NCBI GenBank assembly: GCA_963619595.1
Contig: CAVEYE010000042.1
Location: 1 to 60,194 of the forward strand
Source of the DNA: a bacterium
Lineage (GTDB): Bacteria > Bacteroidota > Bacteroidia > Bacteroidales > UBA932
Length of the DNA: 60,194 nt
Direction: 5' to 3'
Part shown: piece by piece, positions 9,845 through 19,285 of the stretch
How positions within the stretch are numbered: position 1 is the first letter of the stretch
How the letters are laid out: each line of letters starts with the position of its first letter
Made by a program: the position numbers and the translations under genes
The notes under the pieces: generated by a model
Seen by the model: the letters and a program-made list of their open reading frames with translations, nothing else
Told to the model about the DNA's origin: nothing
The model's database searches: none

Positions 9845-10675
9845 ATGGCAAGATTCTTCAAATACCACGGAGCAGGCAACGACTTCCTCATCGCTGACAA
9901 CAGGGACGGGGGACTGTCGCTGGAAATTGCTGACATCCAGCATCTTTGCAATCGGCACACGGGCTTCGGCGCGGATGGTGTGATGCTTCTGGAGAACAGT
10001 TCCGCCCACGCCTTCAGGATGGTCTTTTTCAACCCTGACGGCAGCGGAGGGATGATGTGCGGCAACGGTGGCCGCTGCATAGTGGCTTTCGCCGCGGACC
10101 TCGGCCTGGTCAAGGCTGGAGAGTTCATAAGTTTCGAGGCTCCGGACGGCCTTCACGAGGCTGAGATCATCGCCGATGAGCATAACTGCAAGACAGTCAG
10201 GCTTAAGATGAAGGATGTCTCTGGAATCCGGGTCTTGCCGGAAGACGGTGAATGTTTTCTGGACACCGGCACAAGGCATCTTGTCAAGTTCGTCGAAGGA
10301 CTCGGGGACTATCCCGTGCTTCAGGAGGGTAGGCGGCTGCGTCGCGACCCCCGCTTCGCCCCGGTCGGGACAAATGTGAATTTCGTTGAATCAGAATCAC
10401 TTCCGCAGGGAGGCACGGTCCTTCACATCCGGACTTTCGAGAAAGGGGTCGAGGATGAGACCCTGGCCTGCGGCACCGGCATAGTGGCTTCCGCGCTTGC
10501 CGCCTTCCATCAAGGCTATCCTTGCAGGCCGGGTTCTGGGTACGTTGTCAAAGCCGCCATCGCCGACCTCCGGGTGGATTTCAAGGCCTCCGGCCGGGAC
10601 GGCACGTTCAAGGCCTCCGATGTCTGGCTGACCGGACCTGCGGTTTTTGTTGGAACTGTCGGAATTATGTTGTAA
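9845..10675 (+). CDS. dapF: Diaminopimelate epimerase
   Basis: KYHGAGNDF, MCGNGGRC, GTNVNF, ETLACGTG (both catalytic Cys present). Confidence 0.95.
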   Translation: MARFFKYHGAGNDFLIADNRDGGLSLEIADIQHLCNRHTGFGADGVMLLENSSAHAFRMVFFNPDGSGGMMCGNGGRCIVAFAADLGLVKAGEFISFEAPDGLHEAEIIADEHNCKTVRLKMKDVSGIRVLPEDGECFLDTGTRHLVKFVEGLGDYPVLQEGRRLRRDPRFAPVGTNVNFVESESLPQGGTVLHIRTFEKGVEDETLACGTGIVASALAAFHQGYPCRPGSGYVVKAAIADLRVDFKASGRDGTFKASDVWLTGPAVFVGTVGIML

Positions 10676-10708
10676 ATTGGACACTTGTTTCAATATTCTT
10701 TTATTTTT

Positions 10709-11464
10709 ATGAAAAACTTGTTGAAGATTTTCGCCCTTGCGGCGGTCGCCTCCGCGCTTGTTTCGTGTGAGACCAAACCTTCCACTTTGAGTTACACGCT
10801 CATCGGCACGTTTGACTATATGGACGCGTCCGTCTATGTCGACAGCGTCTACTACGCTCCTGGTTTCTATATGGACCAGCTTTCCGCCCTGAACACCAAA
10901 TGCACCGCCGTGAACCAGGGCTTCACCAACGGTTGGAGGATTTCCAAGAAATATGGATCTTCCGAGGATTCCTATGAGATGAAATCGTTGAGTTCGGCCG
11001 GAAAAGGCCGCGGCTATGGGACAGCCCCTTATCAGAACGGCGCCTACGCTGTCTTCACGACGGGTCAGGACAGAACGCAGATGGCCAAATATGACATCGA
11101 CTTCAATGTCTCAGGGTTCTCGAAGGCAAGCTGCAAGGTGTCAGGAATGCAGGTCAACAACACCAAGACGGTCGAGGAACTCTACAAGGCGGGCGAGGTC
11201 GTCAGCGGAGACTATCTCAAGGTGACGGCCGAGTTCTACAAGGATGACTCTGTCGTCTGGACCGGTGAGAAATACCTTGTGGACTACACCGGGGCCGAGG
11301 CCAAGGTCATCACTGACTGGGATTCCTGGTCCTTTGATTTCAAGGATGCGTCAAGCACCAATGTGGATGCCATCAGGTTCTACGTCACATCGTCCGCACC
11401 TGACAGGTATCCGCTCAATTTCTGTATGGATTATTTTGTGGCGAGCCTGAGCCTCGAGTATTAG
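10709..11464 (+). CDS. DUF4465-like lipoprotein
   Basis: Lipobox ALVS-C; pattern GMQVNNT..GDYLKV..YLVDY..W..IRFYVTSS..PLNFCMD resembles DUF4465. Confidence 0.65.
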   Translation: MKNLLKIFALAAVASALVSCETKPSTLSYTLIGTFDYMDASVYVDSVYYAPGFYMDQLSALNTKCTAVNQGFTNGWRISKKYGSSEDSYEMKSLSSAGKGRGYGTAPYQNGAYAVFTTGQDRTQMAKYDIDFNVSGFSKASCKVSGMQVNNTKTVEELYKAGEVVSGDYLKVTAEFYKDDSVVWTGEKYLVDYTGAEAKVITDWDSWSFDFKDASSTNVDAIRFYVTSSAPDRYPLNFCMDYFVASLSLEY

Positions 11465-11479
11465 GCTAGGCAAGGCTTC

Positions 11480-12001
11480 TTAAAGAAGGCCGTCCGGCAC
11501 AGCTACCGTGATGGTCCTGGAATTTTCGTCGACGGACAGGATGAGGTCTTCGTGCAGAGGAACCATCGCCTGTCCGTCCGCCGTCTCCACATAGACGCAG
11601 AGGTTGCCGGGAATGTCCTCGTAGCCGGAAATCTCTCCGACCGTCCGGTTGTCGGCGTCGAGGAGAGTCCAGCCTGTCAGTTCGTCCGGAGACAGAAAGT
11701 CTTCGTCCTCGTCTGAGTCTATGGCTTCTTTGGAGGCGAAGACATCCTTGCCGGCGAGTTCTTCGGCGTCGGTGAGGTTCTTGACTCCTGTCAGTCTGGT
11801 GACGGCGCGGTTAGCGCCTTTTCTTGTGAAAGATTCAATGAAAAAAGGAACCGGCAGTCCATCGAATTCGATGAACACCGGTTCTTTGACGTTCAAGTCC
11901 TCCGGACTGATTCCGCGGAAGCCCACAAGGACTTCGCCTTCGGTACCGTTGGACTTCAGTACCCGGGCAACCTGCAGGAGTTCTGACTTTGCCCCGGTCA
12001 T
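11480..12001 (-). CDS. rimM: Ribosome maturation factor RimM
   Basis: VFIEFDGLPVPFFIE, PRC-barrel C-terminus ending VPDGLL; immediately downstream of rpsP. Confidence 0.92.
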   Translation of the reverse strand: MTGAKSELLQVARVLKSNGTEGEVLVGFRGISPEDLNVKEPVFIEFDGLPVPFFIESFTRKGANRAVTRLTGVKNLTDAEELAGKDVFASKEAIDSDEDEDFLSPDELTGWTLLDADNRTVGEISGYEDIPGNLCVYVETADGQAMVPLHEDLILSVDENSRTITVAVPDGLL

Positions 12002-12005
12002 CTGA

Positions 12006-12557
12006 TTAGGCCTCGGCAGGTGCTTCCGCCGCTGCGGCTTCCTGAGCTGCCTTCTCGGCGGCTGCGGCCTCCTCGGCTGCCTTTGCGGCAGCTGCGGCTT
12101 CCTCGGCTTTCTTCGCGAGAGCCTCGGCCCTTTCAGCATTCACCTTCTTCTCAGCGTCGAGAGCGGCCTTCGCCTTGTCGGCGGCAACCTTTACGATGCC
12201 GGCCTTCTTGGCTTCGATCTTGGCGTCTCTCTGGGCTTTCCAAGCGTTCCATTTGGCATCGGCCTGCTCCTGTGTGAGAGCACCCTTCTCTACACCTTTC
12301 TGGAGGTGCTTTCTGAGAAGAACTCCCTCGTAAGAGAGGATTTTCTCTGCCGTGAGGGTCGGCTGGGCGCCGACGTTGAGCCACTTGAGGGCTTTCTCTC
12401 CATCAAGAACGATGGTGGCAGGGTTGGTGTTCGGGTTGTAGGAACCGAGCTGCTCGATGAAACGTCCGTCGCGAGGTGCGCGTGAATCCGCCACAACAAT
12501 GTGGAAGAATGCGAAATTCTTCTTTCCGTGGCGCTGAAGTCTGATTTTAACAGCCAT
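12006..12557 (-). CDS. rpsP: 30S ribosomal protein S16 with Ala/Glu/Lys-rich C-terminal extension
   Basis: [35 protein letters not shown]. Confidence 0.98.
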   Translation of the reverse strand: MAVKIRLQRHGKKNFAFFHIVVADSRAPRDGRFIEQLGSYNPNTNPATIVLDGEKALKWLNVGAQPTLTAEKILSYEGVLLRKHLQKGVEKGALTQEQADAKWNAWKAQRDAKIEAKKAGIVKVAADKAKAALDAEKKVNAERAEALAKKAEEAAAAAKAAEEAAAAEKAAQEAAAAEAPAEA

Positions 12558-12620
12558 TGTTGAATCTGTTTTGTTTGTTGATAAATAGTAAACCTTTAAC
12601 CTCCAACTCGTGAAGGCTCG

Positions 12621-12687
12621 CAAAGATACGGATTATAAATTTATTTATGAAAAAAATTTGTTATTTCAGGAAAATACTCTAACTTTG
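12621..12687. promoter_or_regulatory. Divergent promoters for rpsP (-) and tRNA-Leu (+)
   Basis: Minus TATCTTTG at 12628-12621; plus TTTG 12657-12660, 19 bp, TAACTTTG 12680-12687. Confidence 0.75.
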
Positions 12688-12715
12688 CAATCCCGATTTG
12701 AGGGAAGACATACTT

Positions 12716-12798
12716 GCGGTAGTGGTGAAATGGTATACACGCTACTTTGAGGGGGTAGTGGGCGCAAGCCCGTGTGAGTTCGACTCTCACCTACCGCA
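12716..12798 (+). tRNA. tRNA-Leu(GAG)
   Basis: Acceptor GCGGTAG/CTACCGC, anticodon arm CTACT-TTGAGGG-GGTAG, long variable arm, GTTCGA T-loop; CCA not encoded. Confidence 0.96.
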
Positions 12799-12811
12799 CG
12801 AGTCAAAAAAC

Positions 12812-12850
12812 AAAAAAGAGGTTGGTTAAACTTAACCAACCTCTTTTTTT
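12812..12850. terminator. Bidirectional intrinsic terminator between tRNA-Leu and pheS
   Basis: Inverted repeat AAAAAAGAGGTTGGTTAA / TTAACCAACCTCTTTTTT. Confidence 0.9.
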
Positions 12851-12875
12851 GCATTTTCTGTCCGGCAGCGTCCCC

Positions 12876-13910
12876 TTAAACCTCGATCGAGGTGTTGAAT
12901 TCGGACAGGAAGCGGAGGTCGTTCTCGAAATAGTGGCGGAGGTCGTTGACCTGCCACTTGAGCATCGCGATACGCTCCAGACCCATTCCGAACGCGAAAC
13001 CGCTGTACTTCTTGCTGTCGATTCCCGAGGCTTCAAGCACGTTCGGGTCAACCATTCCGCAGCCCAGGATCTCGAGCCAGCCGGTCCCCTTGCAGATGTT
13101 GCAGCCCTTGCCGTGGCAGATGTTGCAGCTTACGTCAACCTCGCTTGAAGGCTCGGTGAACGGGAAGTAGGACGGCCTCATACGGATCGCGGTGTCCGGA
13201 CCGAACATCTCGCGGGCGAACAGCAGGATGGCCTGCTTGAGGTCGGCGAAGGTCACGTTCTCATCGATGTAGAGACCCTCGACCTGATGGAAGATGCAGT
13301 GGGCGCGGGCGGAAATCGCCTCGTTCCTGAACACGCGGCCCGGGCAGATGACGCGGATAGGCAGCTTCATCGACTCCATCGCGCGGACCTGCACTGAAGA
13401 AGTGTGGGTCCTCAGAAGCAGCGGGTCAGGATGCCCCGTGGAAACGAAGAAGGTGTCCTGCATGTCCCTCGCAGGGTGGTTCGGAGGGAAGTTCAAAGCC
13501 TCGAAGACGTGGTAGTCGTCCTCGATCTCCGGACCCTCGGCGACATCGTAGCCGAATTTTCTGAATATGTCGACAATCTGCTGCCTGACAATGGAGACAG
13601 GATGTCTGGATCCGAGCTCGAAAGGAGTTCCCGGCATCGAAAGGTCCTCTTTAGACCCTTCGGCCACGGTCTCGGACGAGGTCTGCTCTTTCAGCTCGTC
13701 GATCTTGGCCTGGGCGGCCTGCTTGAGCTCGTTGATCTTGCGGCCGAACTCTTTCTTGAGTTCCGGGCCGTAGGTCCTGAACTCTTCGAAAAGCTTGGTG
13801 ATCTCACCTTTCTTTCCGAGAAGCCTTACGCGGGCCTCTTCAACTTCTTTGGCGCTTTTGCACTTCAGCTCACGAACCTGCGCGAGCAGCTGTTCTATCT
13901 CTTCTTTCAT
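12876..13910 (-). CDS. pheS: Phenylalanine-tRNA ligase alpha subunit
   Basis: HPARDMQDTF, LRTHTSSVQ, FHQVEGL, YFPFTEPS, GFAFGMGLER. Confidence 0.98.
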   Translation of the reverse strand: MKEEIEQLLAQVRELKCKSAKEVEEARVRLLGKKGEITKLFEEFRTYGPELKKEFGRKINELKQAAQAKIDELKEQTSSETVAEGSKEDLSMPGTPFELGSRHPVSIVRQQIVDIFRKFGYDVAEGPEIEDDYHVFEALNFPPNHPARDMQDTFFVSTGHPDPLLLRTHTSSVQVRAMESMKLPIRVICPGRVFRNEAISARAHCIFHQVEGLYIDENVTFADLKQAILLFAREMFGPDTAIRMRPSYFPFTEPSSEVDVSCNICHGKGCNICKGTGWLEILGCGMVDPNVLEASGIDSKKYSGFAFGMGLERIAMLKWQVNDLRHYFENDLRFLSEFNTSIEV

Positions 13911-13933
13911 ATTTCCGAATTAATTCCGCGAAT

Positions 13934-14392
13934 TTAATCATTTTCCGTCAGTTTGGCAGCGGTACTCTCCAACTTGGCCTTTCTTTTTTCACGAGCCTTC
14001 TTCTCCCGCATCGCTCCGCCCTTCAGATACTTCGCCCACTGGGACTCGTTCAGCACCTTGTTCATCGCCACATAGATGTTCTCCATCCATTTGTCGGCGA
14101 CCCTGGTGTAGATGTCCGAATTCGTCACCTTGGCGGCTGACAGAGACTTGGTCTCTTCCTGCAGCGCATGGTAGTCGTGGGTGAGGATGGAGTCGACGTA
14201 GAAGACCTGCCAGTCCTCCAAGTCGAGGACTGACTCGAGCCTGTCAACCTCTTTCTGGATGTACTCGTTGAACATTTTTTCCTGCTCTTCCGGACTGCCT
14301 GGCCCGGACTGCTGTTGCTGGGCGGAGGAGGTCAGTCCTGAAAAGACCATACATAAGACCGAAAGAATGGCGGCAAGAAATTTTTTTTTCAT
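13934..14392 (-). CDS. Hypothetical exported helical protein
   Basis: Signal peptide MKKKFLAAILSVLCMVFSGLTSSA, coding-like codon usage. Confidence 0.75.
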   Translation of the reverse strand: MKKKFLAAILSVLCMVFSGLTSSAQQQQSGPGSPEEQEKMFNEYIQKEVDRLESVLDLEDWQVFYVDSILTHDYHALQEETKSLSAAKVTNSDIYTRVADKWMENIYVAMNKVLNESQWAKYLKGGAMREKKAREKRKAKLESTAAKLTEND

Positions 14393-14475
14393 ATCTTTAC
14401 AAGTTATTTTTGCGGCAGACAATTGTTTTTGCCGTTAAAACGAACAAATTTAAACATTAATAAGTTAATCACAAA

Positions 14476-16242
14476 ATGTCAAGACACGCGACCATCTTTA
14501 CGCTGACGGCGGCACTGCTCGCCCTGACGGCGGGTTACAGGGCGGAAGCCTGCACCAACATCATCGTGACAAGGGGTGCCAGCGCCGACAATTCGAACAT
14601 CATTTCCTATGCGGCGGACTCCCACGTGCTCTACGGCGAGCTTTACTTCCATCCGGCAGCGGACTGGAAGGCCGGCTCCACTCTCCAGATCATCAACTGG
14701 GACACCTACAAGCCGATGGGCTTCATCCCGCAGGTGCCTCACACCTACAAGACGGTCGGGAACATGAACGAGCACCAGCTCATCATCGCGGAGACCACCT
14801 GGGGCGGAAGACCCGAACTGGAGGACACCACGGCGGTGATGGACTACGGCTCCCTCATCTACGTCGCCCTGCAGAGGGCCCGCACCGCGAGAGAGGCCAT
14901 AAAGGTCATCGTGGATCTTGCCAATGAATATGGCTACGCTTCCGAAGGCGAGACCTTCTCGATAGCGGACAAGGAAGAGGCCTGGGTCATGGACCTTGTG
15001 GGAAAAGGCTGCGAGATGAAGGACGGAAAGAACATCCGCAAGGGTTTCGTGTGGGTGGCCAGAAGGATTCCTGACGGCTACATCTGCTCGCACGCCAACC
15101 AGGCACGCATCCAGACCTTCCCTCTGGACGATCCTGAGAACTGTCTCTACGCCCCTGACGTGATCTCTTTCGCGAGGGAGATGGGTTACTTCAGCGGCAA
15201 GGACGAGGACTTCGACTTCAGCGACGCCTACAATCCGCTTGACTTCGGCGGGGCCAGAGCCTGCGACGCCAGGGCCTGGAGCGCGTTCAATATTCTCTGC
15301 GGTGGCGTGTTCACCTACGAGAAGGACGGAAAGACCGTCACGGAACCGGCCTCCAACTACCACGACTACATCACCGGAGCGAACCTCAAGCACAGGATGC
15401 CTCTGTTCGTGAAGCCGGCGAAGAAGATCACCGTGAAGCAGGTCGCCGACGCTATGCGCGACCATTTCGAGGGCACCCCTCTTGACATGACGACCGACAT
15501 CGGAGCGGGCGGAAACGCCCTGCCTTACAGGTGGAGGCCGATGGGCTTTGACTATAAGGGCTGGCACTACGTCAACGAGAGGGCAATCGCCACCCAGCAG
15601 ACCGGCTTCTGGTTCGTGGGACAGTCCCGCGCCGAGCTTCCGGACGTGGTCGGCGGCATCATCTGGTTCGGCACCGACGATGCGGCCACCTCCTATGTCA
15701 CCCCTGTCTACACCTGCACCGACAAGGTGCCTGAATGCTTCAGGGTCGGCAACGGGAACATGCTGAGTTACTCTCCGACCGCTTCCTTCTGGATCAACAA
15801 CCGTGTCGCAAACGCCTGCTACAAGGCTTACAACATAATGTACCCTACCGTCAAGGAGGCCATCGACGGTTTCGAGAACGGCCAGATGGCCGGTAAGGTG
15901 GCAGAGATGGACGCTGCTGCCATGGAAGCCTACAACAAGATCCTTCCGAAGGCGGAGAAGAAAGGACTTGAGAGCAAGGATTGGTTCGCCTCCGTCAGGA
16001 AGATGCTGACTGAATATTCAGTGAACACCGCCCAGACCCAGTTCGAGAACTGGGTGGCTCTTGAGGAACTGCTGCTGGTGAAGTACATCGACGGCAATGT
16101 CAAGGCCCAGAACGAGGACGGTTCGTTCAAGCATTCGCAGTGGAACGAGGGGACTCCTTCCGGAATCACCCAGCCGGGCTACACCGACAAATGGAAAGAG
16201 GCTGTGGTCAAGGACCACGGCGACGTGATAAGGCAGAGGTAG
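14476..16242 (+). CDS. C69 family dipeptidase (Ntn hydrolase), secreted
   Basis: Signal peptide ending AEA-CTNII (N-terminal Cys nucleophile), GNMNEHQL..AETT, HANQARI, ERAI. Confidence 0.9.
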   Translation: MSRHATIFTLTAALLALTAGYRAEACTNIIVTRGASADNSNIISYAADSHVLYGELYFHPAADWKAGSTLQIINWDTYKPMGFIPQVPHTYKTVGNMNEHQLIIAETTWGGRPELEDTTAVMDYGSLIYVALQRARTAREAIKVIVDLANEYGYASEGETFSIADKEEAWVMDLVGKGCEMKDGKNIRKGFVWVARRIPDGYICSHANQARIQTFPLDDPENCLYAPDVISFAREMGYFSGKDEDFDFSDAYNPLDFGGARACDARAWSAFNILCGGVFTYEKDGKTVTEPASNYHDYITGANLKHRMPLFVKPAKKITVKQVADAMRDHFEGTPLDMTTDIGAGGNALPYRWRPMGFDYKGWHYVNERAIATQQTGFWFVGQSRAELPDVVGGIIWFGTDDAATSYVTPVYTCTDKVPECFRVGNGNMLSYSPTASFWINNRVANACYKAYNIMYPTVKEAIDGFENGQMAGKVAEMDAAAMEAYNKILPKAEKKGLESKDWFASVRKMLTEYSVNTAQTQFENWVALEELLLVKYIDGNVKAQNEDGSFKHSQWNEGTPSGITQPGYTDKWKEAVVKDHGDVIRQR

Positions 16243-16257
16243 CCACCGGATTATACT

Positions 16258-19221
16258 ATGCGCAGACTGTCCGTCATATTTTCCCTGCTTCTGGTCTGGA
16301 CGATGTCCTTCGCCCAGACGTTCAGCATTTCCGGCACCGTCCTTGACAAGAAGACCAAGGAGCCGGTCGGGTTCGCGACCGTGGTGATGCAGGAATGCGA
16401 GCAGTGGGCTGTGGCGGACGCCGGCGGACGGTTCACACTCAGGAACATCCCGGCCGGGAAGAACACCATCAGCGTGTCCTGTCTGGGCTATGTCACCGAC
16501 ACCAAGACGATCGTCGTCAGCAAGGACCTGGCCGGCTACAGGGCGTTCATCAGCGAGGACAACCTCACGCTCGAGGGCGTTGTGGTCACCGCCAAGGAGA
16601 ACGAGAACAGCGCCACGACCAGCCGCACGATGGACAGGACGGCTCTGGACCACGTCCAGATGGTCAGTCTGGCGGACATCGGCGGACTGCTGCCGGGAGG
16701 TGCGACCTCGAATCCGAGCCTGCTCTCCGCCCAAAGGTTCAACATCAGGGCCGGCGCCAACTCCGAGGCCGGTAACGCCTCCTTCGGAACGGCCGTGGAA
16801 GTCGATGGAGTGAGGCTCTCGAACAACGCCAGTTTCTCAGGTGCCACCGGAATCTCCGTCAACAACATAGCTTCCAGCAATGTGGAATCCGTCGAAGTCG
16901 TGTCCGGAGTCCCTTCAGTTGAATATGGCGATGTCGGCGCGGGAATAGTCAAGGTCAACACCAAGAAGGGCGTCTCTCCTTACACGGTGACGATGACGAC
17001 CAATCCGAAGACGAAACAGTTCTCAGTAAGCAAAGGTTTCGGCCTCGGGAAAACAAAACGCGGCGGCCAGGCAGGAGTGCTGAACGCCAGCGCCGAGTAC
17101 ACATATTCATTGGAGGACAGCCGCTCTCCCTACACTTCCTATGACAGGAAGCAGGTTTCGCTGAACTACTCCAACCTTTTCAACGCGGGGATATTCAGCG
17201 AGGCTCCGTTGCGGCTGACCGCCGGGTTCACCGGCAACATCGGAGGCACCGACTCGCAGGCCGATCCGGACCTTCTGACCGGGACTTACGAGAAGCAGAG
17301 GGACAATACGCTTCGCGGCAATGTCGAGATGAACTGGCTGCTGAGCAAGCCGTGGATCACCAATCTGGAGTTCAAAGGCTCCGTGGTCAGGTCCGACAAG
17401 CTCAGCGAGACCAGGTCCCGTTACTCCGCCGCCACCGGCACTGTGTCGCTGCACGGCAAGGAGGAAGGCTACTATGTGGCCGAGGACTACTCCTCGAATC
17501 CTGACGCGGCGGCCATAATGATCTCTCCGGGCTACTGGTACAACACCATGTTCCTGGACGACAAGCCGTTCTCCTACAAACTGACTCTGAAGAGCAACTG
17601 GGCCCGCAAATTCGGTGGAGTCAACAACAAGCTCAAGCTGGGAGCGGACTGGAACGCCGACGCGAACTTCGGCAAAGGACAGTACTCGGAGGATCTGGAC
17701 ACCGCCCCTTCCTACCGGACCTACGACTACAGCGAAATCCCGTTCATGAACAATCTCGCCTTGTTCGCGGAGGACAATGTCTCGATCCCGACCGGCGGGG
17801 ACTCGTACCTCAATCTCATCGCCGGCCTCAGGGCCGAAAGCACCTTCATAAAGGGTTCTGAATATGGCACCGTGTCAAGCCTGTCTCCACGCTTCAACGC
17901 GAAGTACACCGTTTTCTCAGGCAAGGGACGCAAGGACAAAGCGGTCAGAAGCCTCTCCTTCCGGGCGAGCTGGGGCGTGGCGGTGAAGCAGCCGTCGTTC
18001 TCGATCCTCTACCCGGAGCCGGGCTACAGGGACCTTGTGGTCTTCAACCCACCGACGGCGAGCGACGGCAAGGCCTACTACGCCTACTACGTGATGCCTA
18101 CGACCGTTGAATATAATCCCGACCTGGTCTGGCAGAGGAACCATCAGGGGGAAATCGGGGTGGATGTGAATCTCGCGGGCACGAGAATATCCCTGGCCGG
18201 ATTCTGGAACAGGACCGTCAAGGCGTTCACCACCAACAATTCCTACGATCCGTTCACCTATAATTATACTGACCAGAAGGCGCTGGAATCCTGCACGATT
18301 CCGGTGGACGACCGGGTCTACAGCGTGGACAAGGTCTCCGGAATCGTGACCGTCACCGACAAGACGGGTTCTCTCTCTCCGCAGACAATCACCGGAGTGA
18401 CCAGGGAGGCTCTTGTCAAACAGACCTATGCGGCCAACTGCGGGACTCCTGTCAACCGTTACGGACTTGAGTGGGTGATCGATTTCAAGAAGATCGAACC
18501 TATCAACACCGACATCCGCCTGGACGGTAACTACTATTTCTACCGTACCGTCAACCAGGACCTTCTGGCTTACTCGCCGAACACTCAGAGGATGGTGGAC
18601 AACACTCCTTACAAGTACATCGGCTGGTATGTCGGGGGCAAAGGGACGAGCAACGGCACAGAGTCCAGGACACTCAGACTGAACCTGAACATCACCACCC
18701 ATATTCCCAAGGTCAGGATGATTCTTTCCGCGAAGATCGAAGGGACGCTGCTCCGGTATTCAAGAAACCTCAGCGAGACTGACGGAGGCACAAGGACTTA
18801 CGCCGTGGATGACATCTCCTCCTACCTCCCGGCTTCCGACGCTTCGTTCGAGGACAGGCGGGTGGCCACCGTCACCTATCCCGAGTACTATTCCAGTTAC
18901 TGGGACCCGACCCTCAGGCCTTTCCTCCAGGATCTCATCCGGGCCAAGGACAACGACAAGGAACTCTACAGCGACCTCTGCTCTCTTGTGGCAAGGACAA
19001 CCTACACGTTCAACTACCAGAAGGACTACATCTCGCCTTATTTCTCGGCGAACTTCAGCGTGACGAAAGAGATCGGGGACATCGCCTCCATCTCCTTCTA
19101 CGCCAACAACTTCTTCCGGAATCTCGGGCAGGTCTACTCCACGAAGACGCAGCAGTACTCCTCGGTGTCAAGCTATGTTCCGAAATTCTACTACGGGCTG
19201 ACGTTGAGACTTAAATTTTAA
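16258..19221 (+). CDS. TonB-dependent transporter (non-SusC type) with N-terminal carboxypeptidase-regulatory-like domain
   Basis: Signal peptide, ISGTVLD..EPV.FATV domain, TonB-box-like LEGVVVTA, plug VESVEVVSG.PSVEYGD..AG, C-terminal beta-signal YYGLTLRLKF. Confidence 0.92.
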   Translation: MRRLSVIFSLLLVWTMSFAQTFSISGTVLDKKTKEPVGFATVVMQECEQWAVADAGGRFTLRNIPAGKNTISVSCLGYVTDTKTIVVSKDLAGYRAFISEDNLTLEGVVVTAKENENSATTSRTMDRTALDHVQMVSLADIGGLLPGGATSNPSLLSAQRFNIRAGANSEAGNASFGTAVEVDGVRLSNNASFSGATGISVNNIASSNVESVEVVSGVPSVEYGDVGAGIVKVNTKKGVSPYTVTMTTNPKTKQFSVSKGFGLGKTKRGGQAGVLNASAEYTYSLEDSRSPYTSYDRKQVSLNYSNLFNAGIFSEAPLRLTAGFTGNIGGTDSQADPDLLTGTYEKQRDNTLRGNVEMNWLLSKPWITNLEFKGSVVRSDKLSETRSRYSAATGTVSLHGKEEGYYVAEDYSSNPDAAAIMISPGYWYNTMFLDDKPFSYKLTLKSNWARKFGGVNNKLKLGADWNADANFGKGQYSEDLDTAPSYRTYDYSEIPFMNNLALFAEDNVSIPTGGDSYLNLIAGLRAESTFIKGSEYGTVSSLSPRFNAKYTVFSGKGRKDKAVRSLSFRASWGVAVKQPSFSILYPEPGYRDLVVFNPPTASDGKAYYAYYVMPTTVEYNPDLVWQRNHQGEIGVDVNLAGTRISLAGFWNRTVKAFTTNNSYDPFTYNYTDQKALESCTIPVDDRVYSVDKVSGIVTVTDKTGSLSPQTITGVTREALVKQTYAANCGTPVNRYGLEWVIDFKKIEPINTDIRLDGNYYFYRTVNQDLLAYSPNTQRMVDNTPYKYIGWYVGGKGTSNGTESRTLRLNLNITTHIPKVRMILSAKIEGTLLRYSRNLSETDGGTRTYAVDDISSYLPASDASFEDRRVATVTYPEYYSSYWDPTLRPFLQDLIRAKDNDKELYSDLCSLVARTTYTFNYQKDYISPYFSANFSVTKEIGDIASISFYANNFFRNLGQVYSTKTQQYSSVSSYVPKFYYGLTLRLKF

Positions 19222-19285
19222 GAAACTGATTTTGAAAATTATTTGAAACTATATTAACGAACTGTAAAACAAAAAACTAAAAGAA

